Made by a program: the position numbers and the translations under genes
The notes under the pieces: model-generated
Databases searched by the model: none
Told to the model about the DNA's origin: nothing
The model's input: only the letters and a program-made list of their open reading frames with translations
In this document: piece after piece, positions 21,827-26,927 of the stretch
How the letters are laid out: the number at the start of each line of letters is the position of its first letter
How positions within the stretch are numbered: the stretch's first letter is position 1
Assembly: GCA_004431415.1 (NCBI GenBank)
Contig: QPMI01000342.1
Span: forward strand, 1-26,927
Direction of reading: 5' to 3'
DNA: 26,927 nt
Source of the DNA: Cyanophora paradoxa CCMP329
Taxonomy: Eukaryota; Plantae; Glaucophyta

Positions 21827-22708
21827 CTCTCTGACGGTGGCAGTCGACGTATGAGGCGGCGGCCGGCGGCCGGCCCGGCCCTCTGACGGTGGCAGTCAAC
21901 GTATGTGTCCTGACCGTAGTGTTCTTTTTTACGCCTTCGTCCGGCACGAGCACGTTGATCCGTAGTGTTTTTTTTACGCCTTCGTGGCGTACCACGGTAC
22001 TTCGTGCCCCCCATGGGCCCCAAGGGCTTTCGGCATGCAATGAAACTGAATGAAATGAAACATTGCCTGCTTTGCTTGTATGAGAATCCGATGGCACAGA
22101 AAGCTTGTATAAAAATGGTTTTCAAAATAGTGCAGAATATCCAAGCCACTCAAGCGCGAGCACAGGAGATGACTCGGTAACGGGCGCTGTATCTGTTCGT
22201 CGCGCAGGAGCAAGTTCGACTGCTCGAACGGTGATGTGCTCGTCTGGTCGGAGTCCGTCATGGTGCGGCACCCGCGCCTCGAGCTCGCTCGAGCTCTGCA
22301 GCTCGCCCCCCCTTCGAATTCAAACGACAAACCGCTCGTGCCCCGGCCACCGGCCACGTAGGGCATCCCCGGCACAAAGATCGTCGGCTCCCTCCTGGGC
22401 AACATCAATAAGGGCAAGAAGCTCGTGCGTCAGCTTCGATCGCGCGCTGCACACTGTATAGTTCGACTGTGCCAGTGCGATCCCCCTCTCAGGACACGTA
22501 CACTGTCAAGGTAGAGGATGGCAGCATCCTCGTCGACATCTGAGCACCTCGCCTCCGCCTCAGGCGCCCTAGCTCTTCAAAGTCCATGACTCAGTGACAG
22601 ATGCGCGCGCACACTATGCGTCTCCCCAAGAGTAAGAGCGCGAGTAGTACTGCGTATACAACGAGGCGTAGTATATTGAAACCCGCGGGGATCGCGAGGG
22701 CGGGTCTG

Positions 22709-23683
22709 CTACACGTTCATGGGCACGGCGCGGGGCAGCTCTTGCGGGGAGAGTACGCGGTCTATGAGGCCATAGCCGATCGCCTCCTCCGGCGCCAGGT
22801 AGGGGGACCTGGCCGGTCTTCTCGGCCAGGATTTCGAGCATGAGTTGCCTGTTCGACATCGCCTCCCGCGCCTTGATGGCGATCTCCGTCGCCTGGCCCT
22901 GCGCCCAATATCAACACGGGGCTCTCCCGCTCGAATGCGCAGCGACAACGCGGACCTGGGCGCTGGTGCGAGGCTGGTTCAGCATGATTGTCGCGTGCGG
23001 GAGTGACCCGCGGAAGCCCTGCGAGACTCCGACCTCAGGGCTTTGAGCGTGCGCAGAGCGGGGCTTTCGTGCCTTCGTGCCGCAGGCAAGGATCATGGCC
23101 GCCATCCCGTACGCCTGGCCGACACAGATCGCGTGCACCTGCGCACGACAGCGTTAGCCTTGGCATGCGGAGAGAGAGGGCGGGTCTCTGCGGACCTGGG
23201 GTTTGATGTACGCCATTGTGTCGCAGATGGCGAAGGCCTCCGTCTCAAAGCCGACAGTCTCACCTGCGCAGACAAAGGAACGAAAAGAGAGTGAGGGTTT
23301 TGAGTGAGGAGACGGAGAGCGAGCGAGGCCCGATTGAAGGCCTGCCATGGTTAACAAGGCGCACCGTCAGCGCGAGAAGTGCCAGTTGAGTTAATGTACA
23401 TGATAACGGGCTTCTGGGGCTCGTTGTACTGCAGCCAGAGGAGCTGAGCGCGAGGCGTGGTCAGATGCGCTGACGCTTCGAGCTGGCTGAAACTAAGCAC
23501 CCGCAAGCTTAACTGCTAAAACACCAATCGCGTGTCTATGCGGCCAAGAACGAAAAAAACCCCGCGGCTACCCGCGGACGGTCACACCTGGGCGAAAATA
23601 AGCTCAGTCACGGCCGGGACGAGCGGCATGCCGAGGTAGACGATGCGAGAGTTGAGGACCGATTGAGGGAAGGAAGATCCGGA
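22709..23683 (-). pseudogene. clpR: clpR pseudogene fragment, unit 5
   Basis: Same 5' truncation and internal deletion. Confidence 0.92.
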
Positions 23684-24570
23684 CTCTCTGACGGTGGCAG
23701 TCGACGTATGAGGCGGCGGCCGGCGGCCGGCCCGGCCCTCTGACGGTGGCAGTCAACGTATGTGTCCTGACCGTAGTGTTCTTTTTTACGCCTTCGTCCG
23801 GCACGAGCACGTTGATCCGTAGTGTTTTTTTTACGCCTTCGTGGCGTACCACGGTACTTCGTGCCCCCCATGGGCCCCAAGGGCTTTCGGCATGCAATGA
23901 AACTGAATGAAATGAAACATTGCCTGCTTTGCTTGTATGAGAATCCGATGGCACAGAAAGCTTGTATAAAAATGGTTTTCAAAATAGTGCAGAATATCCA
24001 AGCCACTCAAGCGCGAGCACAGGAGATGACTCGGTAACGGGCGCTGTATCTGTTCGTCGCGCAGGAGCAAGTTCGACTGCTCGAACGGTGATGTGCTCGT
24101 CTGGTCGGAGTCCGTCATGGTGCGGCACCCGCGCCTCGAGCTCGCTCGAGCTCTGCAGCTCGCCCCCCCTTCGAATTCAAACGACAAACCGCTCGTGCCC
24201 CGGCCACCGGCCACGTAGGGCATCCCGGCACAAAGATCGTCGGCTCCCTCCTGGGCAACATCAATAAGGGCAAGAAGCTCGTGCGTCAGCTTCGATCGCG
24301 CGCTGCACACTGTATAGTTCGACTGTGCCAGTGCGAACCCCCTCTCAGCTGCAGGACACGTACACTTTCAAGGTAGAGGATGGCAGCATCCTCGTCGACA
24401 TCTGAGCACCTCGCCTCCGCCTCAGGCGCCCTAGCTCTTCAAAGTCCATGACTCAGTGACAGATGCGCGCGCACACTATGCGTCTCCCCAAGAGTAAGAG
24501 CGCGAGTAGTACTGCGTATACAACGAGGCGTAGTATATTGAAACCCGCGGGGATCGCGAGGGCGGGTCTG

Positions 24571-25541
24571 CTACACGTTCATGGGCACGGCGCGGGGCAG
24601 CTCTTGCGGGGAGAGTACGCGGTCTATGAGGCCATAGCCGATCGCCTCCTCCGGCGCCAGGTAGGGGACCTGGCCGGTCTTCTCGGCCAGGATTTCGAGC
24701 ATGAGTTGCCTGTTCGACATCGCCTCCCGCGCCTTGATGGCGATCTCCGTCGCCTGGCCCTGCGCCCAATATCAACACGGGCTCTCCCGCTCGAATGCGC
24801 AGCGACAACGCGACCTGGGCGCTGGTGCGAGGCTGGTTCAGCATGATTGTCGCGTGCGGGAGTGACCCGCGGAAGCCCTGCGAGACTCCGACCTCAGGGC
24901 TTTGAGCGTGCGCAGAGCGGGGCTTTCGTGCCTTCGTGCCGCAGGCAAGGATCATGGCCGCCATCCCGTACGCCTGGCCGACACAGATCGCGTGCACCTG
25001 CGCACGACAGCGTTAGCCTTGGCATGCGGAGAGAGAGGGCGGGTCTCTGCGGACCTGGGGTTTGATGTACGCCATTGTGTCGCAGATGGCGAAGGCCTCT
25101 GTCTCAAAGCCGACAGTCTCACCTGCGCAGACAAAGGAACGAAAAGAGAGTGAGGGTTTTGAGTGAGGAGACGGAGAGCGAGCGAGGCCCGATTGAAGGC
25201 CTGCCATGGTTAACAAGGCGCACCGTCAGCGCGAGAAGTGCCAGTTGAGTTAATGTACATGATAACGGGCTTCTGGGGCTCGTTGTACTGCAGCCAGAGG
25301 AGCTGAGCGCGAGGCGTGGTCAGATGCGCTGACGCTTCGAGCTGGCTGAAACTAAGCACCCGCAAGCTTAACTGCTAAAACACCAATCGCGTGTCTATGC
25401 GGCCAAGAACGAAAAAAACCCCGCGGCTACCGCGGACGGTCACACCTGGGCGAAAATAAGCTCAGTCACGGCCGGGACGAGCGGCATGCCGAGGTAGACG
25501 ATGCGAGAGTTGAGGACCGATTGAGGGAAGGAAGATCCGGA
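24571..25541 (-). pseudogene. clpR: clpR pseudogene fragment, unit 6
   Basis: Same 5' truncation and internal deletion. Confidence 0.92.
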
Positions 25542-26421
25542 CTCTCTGACGGTGGCAGTCGACGTATGAGGCGGCGGCCGGCGGCCGGCCCGGCCCTCTG
25601 ACGGTGGCAGTCAACGTATGTGTCCTGACCGTAGTGTTCTTTTTTACGCCTTCGTCCGGCACGAGCACGTTGATCCGTAGTGTTTTTTTACGCCTTCGTG
25701 GCGTACCACGGTACTTCGTGCCCCCCATGGGCCCCAAGGGCTTTCGGCATGCAATGAAACTGAATGAAATGAAACATTGCCTGCTTTGCTTGTATGAGAA
25801 TCCGATGGCACAGAAAGCTTGTATAAAAATGGTTTTCAAAATAGTGCAGAATATCCAAGCCACTCAAGCGCGAGCACAGGAGATGACTCGGTAACGGGCG
25901 CTGTATCTGTTCGTCGCGCAGGAGCAAGTTCGACTGCTCGAACGGTGATGTGCTCGTCTGGTCGGAGTCCGTCATGGTGCGGCACCCGCGCCTCGAGCTC
26001 GCTCGAGCTCTGCAGCTCGCCCCCCCTTCGAATTCAAACGACAAACCGCTCGTGCCCCGGCCACCGGCCACGTAGGGCATCCCCGGCACAAAGATCGTCG
26101 GCTCCCTCCTGGGCAACATCAATAAGGGCAAGAAGCTCGTGCGTCAGCTTCGATCGCGCGCTGCACACTGTATAGTTCGACTGTGCCAGTGCGATCCCCC
26201 TCTCAGGACACGTACACTGTCAAGGTAGAGGATGGCAGCATCCTCGTCGACATCTGAGCACCTCGCCTCCGCCTCAGGCGCCCTAGCTCTTCAAAGTCCA
26301 TGACTCAGTGACAGATGCGCGCGCACACTATGCGTCTCCCCAAGAGGAAGAGCGCGAGTAGTACTGCGTATACAACGAGGCGTAGTATATTGAAACCCGC
26401 GGGATCGCGAGGGCGGGTCTG

Positions 26422-26925
26422 CTACACGTTCATGGGCACGGCGCGGGGCAGCTCTTGCGGGGAGAGTACGCGGTCTATGAGGCCATAGCCGATCGCCTCC
26501 TCCGGCGCCAGGTAGGGGGACCTGGCCGGTCTTCTCGGCCAGGATTTCGAGCATGAGTTGCCTGTTCGACATCGCCTCCCGCGCCTTGATGGCGATCTCC
26601 GTCGCCTGGCCCTGCGCCCAATATCAACACGGGGCTCTCCCGCTCGAATGCGCAGCGACAACGCGGACCTGGGCGCTGGTGCGAGGCTGGTTCAGCATGA
26701 TTGTCGCGTGCGAGAGTGACCCGCGGAAGCCCTGCGAGACTCCGACCTCAGGGCTTTGAACGTGCGCAGAGCGGGGCTTTCGTGCCTTCGTGCCGCAGGC
26801 AAGGATCATGGCCGCCATCCCGTACGCCTGGCCGACACAGATCGCGTGCACCTGCGCACGACAGCGTTAGCCTTGGCATGCGGAGAGAGAGGGCGGGTCT
26901 CTGCGGACCTGGGGTTTGATGTACG
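26422..26925 (-). pseudogene. clpR: clpR pseudogene fragment, unit 7 (cut by window end)
   Basis: Same internal deletion. The sequence ends within the copy of exon 6. Confidence 0.9.
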
Positions 26926-26927
26926 TT

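Larger units (their letters stand above)
14385..26927 (-). repeat. Head-to-tail tandem array of ~1.86-kb units (at least 6.7 copies, running off the window); each unit is an inverted copy of the ClpR locus 7057-8718 plus a ~310-bp spacer
   Basis: The landmark GTGCCCCC(C)ATGG recurs at about 14534, 16412, 18278, 20143, 22004, 23861 and 25718 (periods about 1857-1878). The reverse complement matches 7057-8718, including introns and 3' flank. Confidence 0.97.

Noticed and set aside
17460-26410. Single-base indels in G/C runs among array units that create differing ORFs
   Set aside because: Typical long-read homopolymer errors, so they were not used as evidence.
14385-26927. Functional clpR gene amplification or processed retrocopies
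   Set aside because: Copies lack start and transit peptide and share a disabling deletion. Introns are retained, so they are not mRNA-derived.

Overview
GC-rich, intron-dense eukaryotic nuclear DNA with GT-AG and GC-AG introns. The MAAFV-type plastid transit peptide without a signal peptide suggests a primary-plastid alga, most likely a glaucophyte (inference). The left part carries a minus-strand very-long-chain trans-2,3-enoyl-CoA reductase (TECR/CER10-type), a divergent plus-strand PlsC-family acyltransferase, an intact 10-exon plastid ClpR gene (6627-8147) and an intron-containing tRNA-Tyr(GUA). At 10448-14136 there is a young, apparently non-coding LTR element with 337-bp LTRs, an AGCT target-site duplication, a tRNA-Pro-like PBS and structured internal repeats. 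From about 14385 to the window end is a head-to-tail array of at least 6.7 units of about 1.86 kb. Each unit is an inverted, intron-retaining, 5'-truncated, internally deleted copy of the neighbouring ClpR locus (7057-8718) joined by a ~310-bp structured spacer. Comparing duplicated sequences within the window reveals a recurrent mutational signature: small insertions of the form X-revcomp(X)-X (X = 3-mer). These resemble hairpin-type transposon excision footprints and may explain the palindrome-saturated intergenic DNA.
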